Positions 25,576-38,653 are shown, numbered from the whole stretch's first letter. The stretch: 63,894 nt of DNA, filler included, from Octopus bimaculoides (GCF_001194135.2; 10 parts of 8 records of this genome joined end to end with filler, not necessarily neighbours in it); one strand, 5' to 3'. Translations and numbers: made by a program. The notes: a model not told the origin generated them from the sequence alone.

Positions 25576-26199
25576 AAGGCTAAGGTACAAAATGTTATAT
25601 AACAATTCGAGTTCTATAGTCAAGGTCATTTACTCTGTATTTCGTATACTGTCAAACGGAATGCGAATGCTAGGTGATTGTTTGAATGGTATCATGATAC
25701 ATTTAATGACTTCTGTGTGTGTGCATAATGCGATTTGTAAGAATATGTTACTTTCTACTATTTAGCATGCTGAGAATCTCGGATTAAGAGAATTCCAGGT
25801 CTATAATTGTTTCCAATCGGGCAGACATGCATTTTCAAATCCATTCTTTTCAACCCATCTGGATAATAGTGAACCCCAGAAAACTGATGTTATACAGGGA
25901 ATGTTCGAAATCTGTAGTTGCAGTATTGTGGAGATTATGTAATCAAAGTCGTGAGTTTATTTATTCTTGCTATATTGAGAAGCTATACCACGGCAATTAG
26001 AATCTGATTGCCAAAAGGAGACGGTATATTAGTATGGCAACAGTCAGGATACTTATTGATCAGACCAGGTATATATACATATAAGTAAATTTAATCGCCA
26101 CATTAACATGGCTGTTTGGTCTTGCTACCGTTTAAACCCCGGGCAGATCTTCAACCGGCTGATTATAAATGCAACCTGCATCCTGTATATATTCTAAAT

Positions 26200-26300
26200 A
26201 GGGGAGCGAGCCTTTGGCATCCTCTAGCAGACAATGGGATCGCGAGATCGCCTCGGTTTCGGGATATTTCTGACCATCATCAGTCGCGAACACTGGACTG
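26200..26300. mobile_element. One-arm copy of the palindromic MITE family at 45806-45988
   Basis: catcctctagcagacaatgggatcgcgagatcgc versus catcctctagtagacaacaggatcgcgagatcgc. Confidence 0.7.
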
Positions 26301-26332
<32 letters not shown>

Positions 26333-27156
26333 NNNNNNNNNNNNNNNNNNNNNNNNNNNNNNNNNNNNNNNNNNNNNNNNNNNNNNNNNNNNNNNNNNNN
26401 NNNNNNNNNNNNNNNNNNNNNNNNNNNNNNNNNNNNNNNNNNNNNNNNNNNNNNNNNNNNNNNNNNNNNNNNNNNNNNNNNNNNNNNNNNNNNNNNNNNN
26501 NNNNNNNNNNNNNNNNNNNNNNNNNNNNNNNNNNNNNNNNNNNNNNNNNNNNNNNNNNNNNNNNNNNNNNNNNNNNNNNNNNNNNNNNNNNNNNNNNNNN
26601 NNNNNNNNNNNNNNNNNNNNNNNNNNNNNNNNNNNNNNNNNNNNNNNNNNNNNNNNNNNNNNNNNNNNNNNNNNNNNNNNNNNNNNNNNNNNNNNNNNNN
26701 NNNNNNNNNNNNNNNNNNNNNNNNNNNNNNNNNNNNNNNNNNNNNNNNNNNNNNNNNNNNNNNNNNNNNNNNNNNNNNNNNNNNNNNNNNNNNNNNNNNN
26801 NNNNNNNNNNNNNNNNNNNNNNNNNNNNNNNNNNNNNNNNNNNNNNNNNNNNNNNNNNNNNNNNNNNNNNNNNNNNNNNNNNNNNNNNNNNNNNNNNNNN
26901 NNNNNNNNNNNNNNNNNNNNNNNNNNNNNNNNNNNNNNNNNNNNNNNNNNNNNNNNNNNNNNNNNNNNNNNNNNNNNNNNNNNNNNNNNNNNNNNNNNNN
27001 NNNNNNNNNNNNNNNNNNNNNNNNNNNNNNNNNNNNNNNNNNNNNNNNNNNNNNNNNNNNNNNNNNNNNNNNNNNNNNNNNNNNNNNNNNNNNNNNNNNN
27101 NNNNNNNNNNNNNNNNNNNNNNNNNNNNNNNNNNNNNNNNNNNNNNNNNNNNNNNN

Positions 27157-27262
<106 letters not shown>

Positions 27263-27277
27263 CATATATATATACAT

Positions 27278-27314
<37 letters not shown>

Positions 27315-27329
27315 GATGATTGGGAGGAT

Positions 27330-27880
27330 GATTGATTTGTTGTTGTTTTGCGGTTATTTGTATATCATTACATTGCTTCTGCTATAATAGTTTCTATAAT
27401 CCCTAAGTTGGATAATTTATAGTAATTGTCTAGTTGTAAAAAGTTCCTACTGCCTGCAATTCGTTGTATATATAAACTTTCTATGTCAGATTTTGGATAA
27501 CTCATTCTGACTTCTGTCATGATTTTTCTTGTTTTCTTGTCTAGTTTGGTTAGTTCAATTAGTATCCTATTAAGAATATTGTAACTAATTCATAACGGGA
27601 CAGCCAGAGTATTGTTACCCGTTATCTTGTTTTTAGTTCTGTTGTAAGTTCTAATCAAACTCGTCCATGGTATGTCTTTCTTTCCTTCTCTTTCATCTGT
27701 GTATGTTGCAGCGTATGCATTTCATTGATTCCTAAGTATTTGTATGTTTGGTTTTGGTCTAATTCTTTTCGTTCATTTTCTTTATCTCGTGCGATATTGT
27801 TACTCTTAAATAGTTTTCTTCTTTTCGAGGTTGCTTTGGCACATTTTCTAAGCCGAATATCCTACTTATTTATTTATACA
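27330..27880 (-). mobile_element. Decayed R4/Dong RT C-terminal fragment
   Basis: NTLAVP...ELTKLDKKTRKIMT...PKSDIESLYIQRIAG. Confidence 0.7.
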
Positions 27881-27889
27881 TTCATTTAT

Positions 27890-28350
27890 TTATTTATTTA
27901 TTTATTTATTTATTGTTATTGAAGTCACAACAAAGACCTCAGACAGACAGTACGCAATATGCCTGCCGTTCCAAGTAATATCGACTTTCGCAATACACCC
28001 GTATTGTAGGTTATTTCTAACATTTTCAGATGTGTTTTTTTCAGATTAGGTGTTATTGAACCCAATGTTCCGATGACAATAGGGATAATCTTTATGTTTG
28101 ACTCTCGTAGCTGCCACATCTTAACGATGTCAATTTTCCGGTCGCCATATTTATCACTTTTTTCGCTTTCATTCATGATGAATTGCCGATCTCCGCGCAC
28201 CGCCACGTCAATTATTAGGCACTCTTGTTTGTCCCTCCAAAATGTTATCATATCCAGCCGTCGGTGATCTGATAACTTTTCTGTCTGGAACTCAAAGTCC
28301 CAGAGGATTTTTGCCTTCCCCTTTTCGTCCATTATCTTTTCCGGTAATGC
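27890..28350 (-). mobile_element. 5'-truncated R4/Dong element (RLE) with (TAAA)n tail, abutting (TAA)n
   Basis: KILWDFEFQT...RRLDM...CLIIDVAV...KSDKY...IPIVIGTLG...LLGTAGILR. Confidence 0.85.
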
Positions 28351-28366
28351 ATCATCATCGTTATTA

Positions 28367-28412
<46 letters not shown>

Positions 28413-28439
28413 CATTATTATTATCATTATTATTACTGA

Positions 28440-28800
28440 GTGAGAGAGCAGTGCATGACACCAAGGTGCCACTGATAAGGGTTCTCCAATTACATGCATC
28501 ACAACCATACATACGCGATATGGTGAACTCACATCAAGAGTAACAGCGTATGATTATGCAGGTGGGGCCTTGCTAGAATTTTCTTCATGTCGAGTAGCCC
28601 ATCCCAACTAAATGATCCCCTAATAAGGGTTGTTTGAGGATGTTAAACAAACACTCATGTTTCCAGAGGTGAATTATGCACCCCAGCAATATTCCTCGCA
28701 AAACATGTCTATGATGCTCCCCCACTACTTCTGCTCGTTATCAGCGATGCACATATCGTCAGTCAGCAAAGGACATGCACAACTGGTGCATTTCGTAGCG
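28440..28800 (-). mobile_element. Retroposon 3' region with (TAA)n tail (copy of 11691-12135)
   Basis: Direct homology. Confidence 0.75.
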
Positions 28801-28839
28801 ATTTTTGTATTGGTGTCAGCTTGGAGTCATCACAAAACA

Positions 28840-29460
28840 ACCCGAGACTAGAAGATCTATTGTTTCAACAAAGTGTCACAGAATCTGCATTTAGGGTCAG
28901 AACCATTTTGAAGAAACTTAACCTGGTAGTTTCTGTTTTGCAAGCTTTTATCTTGTACCCACAATGTGACACTTTCAGTCTCTGATTTCATTCCTGAACT
29001 TATCAGTCACTAATAGGTTATTGCTTGTCTACATTAGCATTTTGTTTTCGACGAATATACTGTCCACTGCTCATAAATTCATTTATGCCCGTTCTTTTCT
29101 GCAGTTTGCTTGCTCCTTTTTGTTTATTTGGTGCCAGTTGTTTCAGATTCTTCATCTTATTGAGGGTTTATGTCGAGTTCCCTTGGGAATTTGCAAGTGT
29201 TCTTGACAATAGAATGAATGATACTTTTTGCTGCTTTCATGTTTGCACATTAGCCGTAGCATCCAGTACTCTGTATTAGACAAGTATCTCTTCATTGCTA
29301 TTGTGGAGTTGTTATAGCACAGTTCTGTCGGGAACACACCTCTTTCCCCTTACTTCTAGATAGGTATAGACGATCAACGTCTGCAGTTAGGTGGTGCATG
29401 TTCTTAAATGCTAGTAATTTTCTTTTGTTCGTGTCCAGGCGTTGGAAGTCTGTAGAATTG
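28840..29460 (-). mobile_element. Decayed R4/Dong fragment (RT thumb to CCHC finger)
   Basis: RLDTNKRKLL..KNMHHLTADVDRLYLSR...KRYL...WMLRLMCKHE...KSETES...QDKSL..RNYQ...DPKCRFC...ETIDLLVSGC. Confidence 0.8.
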
Positions 29461-29599
29461 GTTCCAAATTTTGGCACAAGAGCAATAATATCAGGAAGTT
29501 AAGAACGTCAATTACATCGACACAGTGTTCAATTAATACTTAGTTTATCGACCCGAAATAATGAAAGCCATGGGCAGATAGATAATGTGGAGAAAACGT

Positions 29600-30060
29600 G
29601 CATTTCCAAGCAATCATAATTGTTGCAGTTGTTCCTTCTTTACCTTTGTAGTAATCCTTTTAAACCATGATGGTAGTTGAGTGCTGATACTTCCAAGCGT
29701 GCCAATTACTAGACACATCGCGTCCACTCTGTATTAATTGGCGAGCTTTTAACCATATTGCATCACGTGATTTCGCCGCATCACCGAGCGCAACACTGTG
29801 TACATTGAGTATATGCTGTGGTTTGTTTTGGTGTTGTTAATTTCACTATACAAAAAAAGTGATTTACATAGTATATGTGCGGTGTCTAGTAGTGTTATGC
29901 CCTGTATGTCATATATGTTCGTAAGTCATCACGACTAACTATTTGATATTTGTTACAACATCATCTGAGTGTTTTGCTGCAACATCGTATACACATACCT
30001 GCCTTTTGCGGTTTGAGCACCATTATCGTTCTAGAACGCACAACTGTGTCTGTAAGCTCC
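29600..30060 (-). mobile_element. Decayed R4/Dong RLE and 3' UTR pieces
   Basis: LVIGTLGSI motif at about 29680-29730. ccgagcgca...gtatatgctgtggtttg matches the 3' UTR at 11280-11330. Confidence 0.6.
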
Positions 30061-30250
30061 ATCAGTTAATTTTTAAATGGTGAGGATAATTGTTTTGTTT
30101 CTTTTCGTATGTTTTTGCCATTTTATAGGGTGAATAATTTATCAAATGATAATTGGGTTATTTGTTACATAGGTTTAATATCAATATATGTTCCTTATAT
30201 GGTGATTTACGTACCAGTGTCTGTTCACAAGTAGAGTGAAGAGTGTGTAG

Positions 30251-30289
<39 letters not shown>

Positions 30290-30346
30290 GAATTTACAAA
30301 AAAAAAAGACGAAGACGGGTGTGTAAACAACAAACAGATGTATTAG

Positions 30347-30542
30347 AAGGGCAGCGAGCAGGAACAATTGTTAGCTAGGCACCATGCTTGGCCGTTTTTT
30401 GTTCGTCAGTACGTTCTGAATTTAAGTACCAGCAATATCGACCTTAGCTTTCACCATTTCGGGGTCGCGAAAATAAGAATTAATTGAATACTGGGGCCGA
30501 CGTAATTGATACTAATCTTGTGCCAAAATTTGAAACCAATAC
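30347..30542 (+). mobile_element. Dominant SINE, diverged
   Basis: Core tttcaccatttcggggtcg. Confidence 0.6.
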
Positions 30543-30874
30543 NNNNNNNNNNNNNNNNNNNNNNNNNNNNNNNNNNNNNNNNNNNNTTAATTAATTAANN
30601 NNNNNNNNNNNNNNNNNNNNNNNNNNNNNNNNNNNNNNNNNNTTGGAATGTATTAGAAAGTCAGAAAGATAAAAAGACAGACAGACAGACCCCCCTCGTC
30701 ACACACGTATCTTTTAAATTTGTTTATGGTAACGTTTTGAATATGCAAATAACACTCCTCTTCCATCATGCTGTCCACCGTTTAATGATGCTGACCGGTG
30801 AGCCAGTTTTCCGGGGTTGCATCAAGTTACACCGATATAATGTGGGAGAAATATAATAATAGTAATAACAATAA

Positions 30875-30970
30875 TCCTAGGAGGGAATTTTTAAACCATT
30901 TAATGCATCACTACGCGCGTTTCCACAAATCACATGACTTTTACGATCAGAGTCCGTATTTTTGGGATGA
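30875..30970. repeat. Left arm of an inverted repeat pair (partner 32232-32327)
   Basis: ctacgcgcgtttccacaaatcacatg...gtccgtatt..gggat is the reverse complement of the partner. Confidence 0.85.
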
Positions 30971-31423
30971 TTCCAGTGTAGTCCGTAGTATCCTTCGACC
31001 ATCCAGTTGATCATCATCATTAATTCATTTCTTCAGGTGATGTAACATTAATGGATGAACCACAGAAGGATGTTTTTTTTTTCTCTCTCTTTTTACCAGT
31101 CTGAAGATCAAAAGAGTTGTGTAGGAATTTCTGTGTGTATTTATGTAGAGAGGAATAGAAGGTGATGGGAATAGTTATATGGGGATGGAGGTGTGTGTGG
31201 TGGTGTTGGATCTATTTTGCTATTCATTCAGCAGATGTTAAGGATTGGTAGTGCATTATTTTGTTTGATTTAAGACAAGACTGTCTTCAATAAATTCTGA
31301 ACTCAACAGGTAGCCAAGTGCTGCTGCTATACAATGGCGTTTGTTGACTGAATTGATAAATGCTACTTTCTTCATGGGAATCATTGTTTTTGTTGGTATA
31401 GTGTACAGTATCTCAAATATTCT

Positions 31424-31846
31424 TTTCTACTCTAGGCACAAGGCCCGAAATTTTGGGGGAGGGGGGCCAGTCGGTTAGATCGACCCTAGTGCACAACTGC
31501 TACTTAATTTATCGAATCCGTGAGGATGCAAGGCAAAGTCGACCTCGGCGGAATTTGAACTCAGAACATAAGACAGACGAAATACCGCTATGCATTTCGC
31601 CCGGCGTGCTAACGTTTCTTATTTCTTTATTGCCCACAAGGGGCTACACACAGAGGGGACAAACAAGGACAGACAAACGGATTAAGTCGATTATATCGAC
31701 CCCAGTGGGTAACTGGTACTTAATTTATTGACCCCGAAAGGATGAAAGGCTAAGTCGACCTCGGCGGAATTTGAACTCAGAACATAAAAGACAGACGAAA
31801 TACCGCTATGCATTTCGCCCGGCGTGCTGACGTTTCTGTCAGCTCA
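31424..31846 (-). mobile_element. Dimer of the dominant SINE (tail-A unit plus head-truncated tail-B unit)
   Basis: Junction on the plus strand gctaacgtttc|ttatttcttt. Confidence 0.9.
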
Positions 31847-32231
31847 CCGTCTTCAGCATCTCAAATATTGGTTTCTTTGTTTATTTGTTTTGGTTCCTTC
31901 GCTTTTCTATAATGTGTTATTTCCTTTCAAAATATTTCTTCAAACTCCGCGAATGATGTTTAGTTCATATGTTTACATGATATAATCATCTCAGGGTGCC
32001 TATTTATCACGTTTTCCCTGGTTGTGGTTATTTCCTGGGTTTCTTCTACACATAAGTCGCATACCCGTGATGTACCGTTATATGGTGCAGCATTTTTTAA
32101 TAATGGACCAGTTGGTCGTATGTTTCACTCCATTCTGTTTTAGTCTCCAGGCCAGGTTCGATAGAGGTGTGGAGTGTCTTTTATTTATATTCGAAAGTAA
32201 GTAATATAAAAAAAGGGATATAAAATAAGTA

Positions 32232-32323
32232 ATCCCAGAATACGGACTGTGATCTTAAAAGCCATGTGATTTGTGGAAACGCGCGTAGAGATGTATTAAA
32301 TGTTTAAAAAATTCCATTCTAGG

Positions 32324-32327
<4 letters not shown>
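32232..32327. repeat. Right arm of the inverted repeat pair, followed by (ATT)n
   Basis: See 30875-30970. Confidence 0.85.
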
Positions 32328-32391
<64 letters not shown>

Positions 32392-32398
32392 TTTTATA

Positions 32399-32622
32399 AA
32401 GGCAGCGAGCTGGCAGAATCGTCAGCACTCCGGGCGGAATGCTTAGCGGTGTTTCGTCCGTCGCTACGTTCTGAATGCAAATTCCACCGAGGTGGACTTT
32501 GCCTTTCATCCTTTCGGGAGCGATAAATTAATTACCAGTTATGTACTGGAGTCGATGTAATTGATTAGTCCTCTCCCCCAAAATTTCAGGCCTTCTGCGT
32601 ATAGTAAAAAGGATATTATTAT
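32399..32622 (+). mobile_element. Dominant SINE, full length (tail B)
   Basis: Head, core and tail intact. Confidence 0.85.
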
Positions 32623-32638
32623 AATATATATATATATT

Positions 32639-32675
<37 letters not shown>

Positions 32676-33033
32676 GTATGTATATAGATAGATTGATAGA
32701 AAGTAATTTTAAGCGTTCATGCACACACACACAAACACACACAAACACATGTATGTGTGTATATATGTATGTGTATGCATGCATATATGTACATATTGGA
32801 TAGATGTGTGTATATATATGTATATACATATATGCGTGCGTATGTATATGTATGTATATGCATACACACACACACACACACATATATATGTATGCATATT
32901 TCAGATATCATTGACATAAATATATATATATATNNNNNNNNNNNNNNNNNNNNNNNNNNNNNNNNNNNNNNNNNNNNNNNNNNNNNNNNNNNNNNNNNNN
33001 NNNNNNNNNNNNNNNNNNNNNNNNNNNNNNNNN

Positions 33034-33064
<31 letters not shown>

Positions 33065-33547
33065 ATATATATGTATATATGTGCATTTTATATATTCATA
33101 TACATACATGTATACACAAACACACACATCTATGTATGCAATGTGTATGCACCTCCAGTTCAGAATCGATGATTTTACTGAAAGAGAATTATGAAACAGC
33201 TGTAAACATACAGAATTGAACCTTATTTGCCTTTCGCCCCTTTTTGGAGTTTGATTGATTATGCATACACATGTATGTATGTATGTATGTATGTATGTAT
33301 GTGTGTATGTATGTATGTATGTATGTATGTGTGTGTGTTTGTGTGTGTATGTATGTATGTAGGCATGAATAGTGTATGTTTTCACTACAAAACTTTAAGT
33401 AATGCGGAGCTTGAATGAAACGTTACTTTCTTTCGTTTATTGAGTCACTCGTGTATACATTCACCTATCCATTCATCCTCATCCATCCACCCGTACACAT
33501 GTGTGTGAGCTATATAAGTAAGCATGTTCGAGAGAAAGTGTTTGTGG

Positions 33548-33602
<55 letters not shown>

Positions 33603-34624
33603 TGTATGTATGTATGTATATATGTATATGTATATATATATACACACATATGCACACATACACACAGATACATGAAGACATGCATGTGTATATGCTTGTG
33701 TGTGNNNNNNNNNNNNNNNNNNNNNNNNNNNNNNNNNNNNNNNNNNNNNNNNNNNNNNNNNNNNNNNNNNNNNNNNNNNNNNNNNNNNNNNNNNNNNNNN
33801 NNNNNNNNNNNNNNNNNNNNNNNNNNNNNNNNNNNNNNNNNNNNNNNNNNNNNNNNNNNNNNNNNNNNNNNNNNNNNNNNNNNNNNNNNNNNNNNNNNNN
33901 NNNNNNNNNNNNNNNNNNNNNNNNNNNNNNNNNNNNNNNNNNNNNNNNNNNNNNNNNNNNNNNNNNNNNNNNNNNNNNNNNNNNNNNNNNNNNNNNNNNN
34001 NNNNNNNNNNNNNNNNNNNNNNNNNNNNNNNNNNNNNNNNNNNNNNNNNNNNNNNNNNNNNNNNNNNNNNNNNNNNNNNNNNNNNNNNNNNNNNNNNNNN
34101 NNNNNNNNNNNNNNNNNNNNNNNNNNNNNNNNNNNNNNNNNNNNNNNNNNNNNNNNNNNNNNNNNNNNNNNNNNNNNNNNNNNNNNNNNNNNNNNNNNNN
34201 NNNNNNNNNNNNNNNNNNNNNNNNNNNNNNNNNNNNNNNNNNNNNNNNNNNNNNNNNNNNNNNNNNNNNNNNNNNNNNNNNNNNNNNNNNNNNNNNNNNN
34301 NNNNNNNNNNNNNNNNNNNNNNNNNNNNNNNNNNNNNNNNNNNNNNNNNNNNNNNNNNNNNNNNNNNNNNNNNNNNNNNNNNNNNNNNNNNNNNNNNNNN
34401 NNNNNNNNNNNNNNNNNNNNNNNNNNNNNNNNNNNNNNNNNNNNNNNNNNNNNNNNNNNNNNNNNNNNNNNNNNNNNNNNNNNNNNNNNNNNNNNNNNNN
34501 NNNNNNNNNNNNNNNNNNNNNNNNNNNNNNNNNNNNNNNNNNNNNNNNTTAACTCTTTTAAAAGGATTAAAAACTGCGATATAAGTGGTTGTTGTATTGT
34601 CTGTGGGGTGCTGTTATGGTGTAT

Positions 34625-34830
34625 CGGTTTGATGGTGGTGGTGGTGGTGGTGGTGGTGGTGGTGATGGTAGTGGTGGGGATGATGGTGGTGGTGATGGTA
34701 GTGGTGGGGATGATGGTGGTGGTGACGGTGGAGCTAGTAGCTACGACTACCAACTACAACTACAACAGCATCAACAATACCAACAGCAGTAATACAAGCG
34801 GCGGCAGCAGTAGTAACAGTGTTATTAGTA
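34625..34830. repeat. (GGT)n/(GAT)n/(CAA)n low-complexity tract
   Basis: Direct reading. Confidence 0.85.
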
Positions 34831-35149
34831 TGAACAGCGGAAGTATGAAGTGTATTAGGGATGTTATCACATTTTATGACGTCACAGACGGAAGTGAGGT
34901 CATCCATCCAAAATGGCCGCCTTCTATATTGTAGAAGATAGTCAATTCTTAACGGTGACAGATTAGGTATCAGGTTTGCCATTCTTGGTCTACCCTGGAC
35001 ATAGCACCTCTCTTATGTATGCACGTAGAGGATAATTATTACATGACTTGATTGAAGTAAAGATGACCAGTCTAATTTGCATAATTTATGTAATTAATGA
35101 GTCAACAATAACTAGCAGTCATTTTAAATGTTTGACAAGTTATCAAACT

Positions 35150-35791
35150 GTAACAGGGTCCCCACTGAACTGACAATTCAGCGAACTGAATTTAGAATAG
35201 CAGTGTGAATATTCTGGCTTAGAATCACCTTGGAAGCAGGGCCTAGTGACTGCGGTCACATGGTATAGGGGCCGTTTTCAGGGGCTGGATCGCTGTAGTA
35301 TACAATGATATATGCTTGGAGGTCAGAGTAAAAGGACATCTATTGGGATCTTTCAGTATCATGCTCTCAATCCATCAAGGTTGTCTCCTCTTGTCCCTTC
35401 CGTATGTGCTGAATCTAGAGCCACGACTGTTCAAATTGGAGACTATGAGGGGGCATCCGGCGTGAAGTAGGATGCAGGAAATAGGCGTCGGCATATGCAG
35501 AAGACGAGACTGTTATATTGTCAGACACCAAGCAGAGCCAAGTAACCGGTACGTCTCTAAAGGACTACGAGGCAGTGACAGGAGGCAAAATTAATCAGGT
35601 AAAGTCGGTGAGCCTGTAGCTGGGCAGTTGGAGTGGCAGCTCCATATTATTGAGCAGCATCTTGGTGCGCTGGACCGACAAACCAATTAGATTGCTTTGG
35701 ATCTGGTTTGGTTCAGATCTCCAGATGGAGAAGAGCTGGAACGAAGTGACGAGCAGAGAGACCAGTCTTACCCAGAAATGTGCAAAGCGAA
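35150..35791 (+). mobile_element. Decayed Tx1/L1-clade LINE reverse transcriptase fragment
   Basis: SIHQGCL...PYVLNLEP, SAYAEDET (YADD-like), YEAVTGGKIN..KS..L.LGSW, WTDKPIRLLWIWFGSDLQMEKSW. Confidence 0.8.
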
Positions 35792-36484
35792 ANNNNNNNN
35801 NNNNNNNNNNNNNNNNNNNNNNNNNNNNNNNNNNNNTTAATTAATTAANNNNNNNNNNNNNNNNNNNNNNNNNNNNNNNNNNNNNNNNNNNNTATATAGC
35901 GTACATGATGTAATTACAGGTAGCAAAACAATAATAGAACCAGCCAGCTGGAGGAGATGTTCTCCTGGGGTTACAAGCTGCAGTAGCATTCACCCTTAGT
36001 GGTTAGCCGCATTTAAGTGGCAAATATATTTCACGTTGTCCTGCAGCTACTGTTTATACCTCGTTCAGAGATTTATTATTATTTATAAAAATAATTATTT
36101 AACCAAAGGGTCTCACAGTTACTTCTAACAAGGCGTCTAAGCTCCCTCAGATTCGTAGGCTCGTATCAGTTGATCCACCTGTCACAATTCCTACCTCTGT
36201 TCTAGTTTGTCAGGTTCATGATGGAAAGACAACGTATGAGAAACGAGGCAAAGAAAGCTGGGTGCAACAATGTCTTTAGATGTAACTAGTGCAGCCTTAG
36301 GACACCCAGAGAAGAAGCGGCTACTGTAATAGTAATAGAAGTCGCGGGGTTAGAACACAGCTCAACGGTGCACCAAAGTTTGTAATTTTAATGATTGTTA
36401 GTTTTGACTACAGGCTCTACATTTCTCGCATAAGATCTACATGACTGAGGTCGTACTGAGAATATAATTTCAAATGTACGTATA

Positions 36485-36583
36485 AGCAGTAATCGAGATG
36501 TGAGAGCAGTAATCGAGATGTGAGAACAGCAATCGAGATGTGAGAACAGCAATAGAGATGTGAGAGCGGTAATCGAGATGTTT
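36485..36583. repeat. 20-bp tandem repeat x5 (gcagtaatcgagatgtgaga)
   Basis: Direct reading. Confidence 0.9.
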
Positions 36584-36693
36584 AATCGGCAGTTACTGTG
36601 TGGAGCAGTAGTTATGATGTTGATCAGTGATCAAGGTATTTTGGTCCATTATCAAGAGTATCGAATATTTACATCGATATTTTTTGAATTGTA

Positions 36694-36818
36694 CAGGGTG
36701 TCCACAGTCTGGGTACATGGAGTAAATAAAATCATAACATAAACAATTAAATGTAAGAAATAATAATTTCTTAAAGTATGTGTTAATCCCTATGTACCCA
36801 GACTTTGTGGACACCCTG
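36694..36818. mobile_element. 125-bp Tc1/mariner-type MITE with TA TSD
   Basis: TA|cagggtgtccaca..gtctgggtacat ... atgtacccagactttgtggacaccctg|TA. Confidence 0.9.
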
Positions 36819-36853
36819 TATTTTAAAACCTATATCTTGTGATGTAGTTATGA

Positions 36854-36887
<34 letters not shown>

Positions 36888-36950
36888 TTGTTAAAGCAGT
36901 GAACTGGCAGAATAGTTAGTGCACCGGACAAAAATACTTANNNNNNNNNN

Positions 36951-37170
36951 AAAGCAGTGAACTGGCAGAATAGTTAGTGCACCGGACAAAAATACTTAGC
37001 AATATTTCGCTCATCATTACGTTCCGATGTCAAATTCCGCCGAGGTAGACTTTGCCTTTATCGTCTCGGGTTTGATAAATTAAGTGTCAGTTGAGCACCG
37101 GGGCTCGATGCAATGGAGAAGCCTCCGTCCTAAAAATTGCAAGCCTTGTGCCTATAGTAGAAAGGATATG
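36951..37170 (+). mobile_element. Dominant SINE (tail B)
   Basis: Head, core and tail recognisable. Confidence 0.8.
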
Positions 37171-37957
37171 ATACGCAGTTGTTATGAAAGAGTCTGTACA
37201 TGGCTTCTGCGTCGTTGCTTGATATGCTAGACAAGGTGTAGGTAATGTTTTCCGAGAACAGGGCTGCATGAGACAGGGATCATCATCAGGCAGGCCGCAC
37301 TACTTAAAAATAGTTCAAGATAATTTTTCGTTAGCATTTATTCAGAAAGTCCCTCGGGCCGCAGTTTCACTCTGTTTAACAGCTAGACAATAACAATCAA
37401 ATCACTCTCTCAAATCAAACCCTACTGTCTTAAAACAAGGAAAATGGCTACGTATTCCTAAAAGAAGGGATGTTCGTGGCCAGAATACTTTTTGCTTTGA
37501 TCATAGATCTGATCGATCAAGGCTGACTTGAAGATAAACAACCACAACAGCAACAACAACAATAAGCGGTGATACTTCTGCTAAATGCCCCCACAGAATC
37601 ACTAATGTATGAGTATGAAAGAATAAAATTAAATTATAGTTAATTAATGAAAACATTTTTTTTTCTACTTTGGAAAGTAAAAATAATTGCTCTTACTTGT
37701 GATTAGATTTTCTTCTGAATTCATTTTAGCTCAGATGTTGGGCAAATGTTATGCATATACTGTATGTGTTATGTATAAACTGCATAAACTGTATGAATAT
37801 ATGTTTGTCCCTGTGTGTTTTTGTGTAAACCGTTTATCTTTTTTCCGCCTATCCTGCTTAATATTTTGTTCGCCTCCTGGAATGCATTTGACAATTCAAC
37901 TTAGATGAAGTTGCCGAATTTTCTCTGTGTGTATTCGTACATGCGCAAGTGTTTGTG

Positions 37958-38032
<75 letters not shown>

Positions 38033-38653
38033 TGTTGAGGAGAGGTAAGGTCGAGGATTCAAGCATACAACAAAAGGAATGCGTCGAAAGTTTCTTTAGT
38101 CAAATGATGTATTATCTCAAGTAGTCATTTAGCTCATAGCACTCCTCCTTCCTATCCTCCGATCCCTTTGGAAAAGTGAAACAAAATTAAATTAAACACC
38201 AAAGTTACTACATTAGATGCAATGTTATCAGAAAAATCAAAACCTTCGTTGTTGAACTTGTTTTCATTGTTATTATTGCTCTTGGGCGGTTGATAAGCGT
38301 ATTTGCTGTCGCTGCTGTTTTTCATTGTTCATGTTCTACTAATTGATGTATCACTGATGTTGTTTGAGTTGTTTGTTTGTTTGTTTGTTTTTATACTAAC
38401 AAATCCAGCTTCCGCAGTAGAATTCTCGGAACCAACAATATTACAAGGGAACGCAAAAGAGAATATATGCAAGATTATAAGTTTTCCTTCTATCATCGTG
38501 ATCTGAAACAAATAATTAATCTAGAATTTAAAATTGAGATCTCTAAGTCGCTGTGATATCGCTATAATTTTCCATGATACTCAAATTCCACATATTGACA
38601 TTATTTACATTATTTACATTCGACGGATAGTTGTCCTCATCTTGTTCGTTGTT

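Noticed and set aside
25766-25942. 58-codon open frame after a TAG acceptor (HAENLGLREFQ...)
   Set aside because: No recognisable family and no supporting upstream exon. The length is attainable by chance.
36891-37000. Exact 49-bp direct repeat of a SINE head
   Set aside because: The copies are separated by a 10-N gap, which indicates an unmerged contig overlap.
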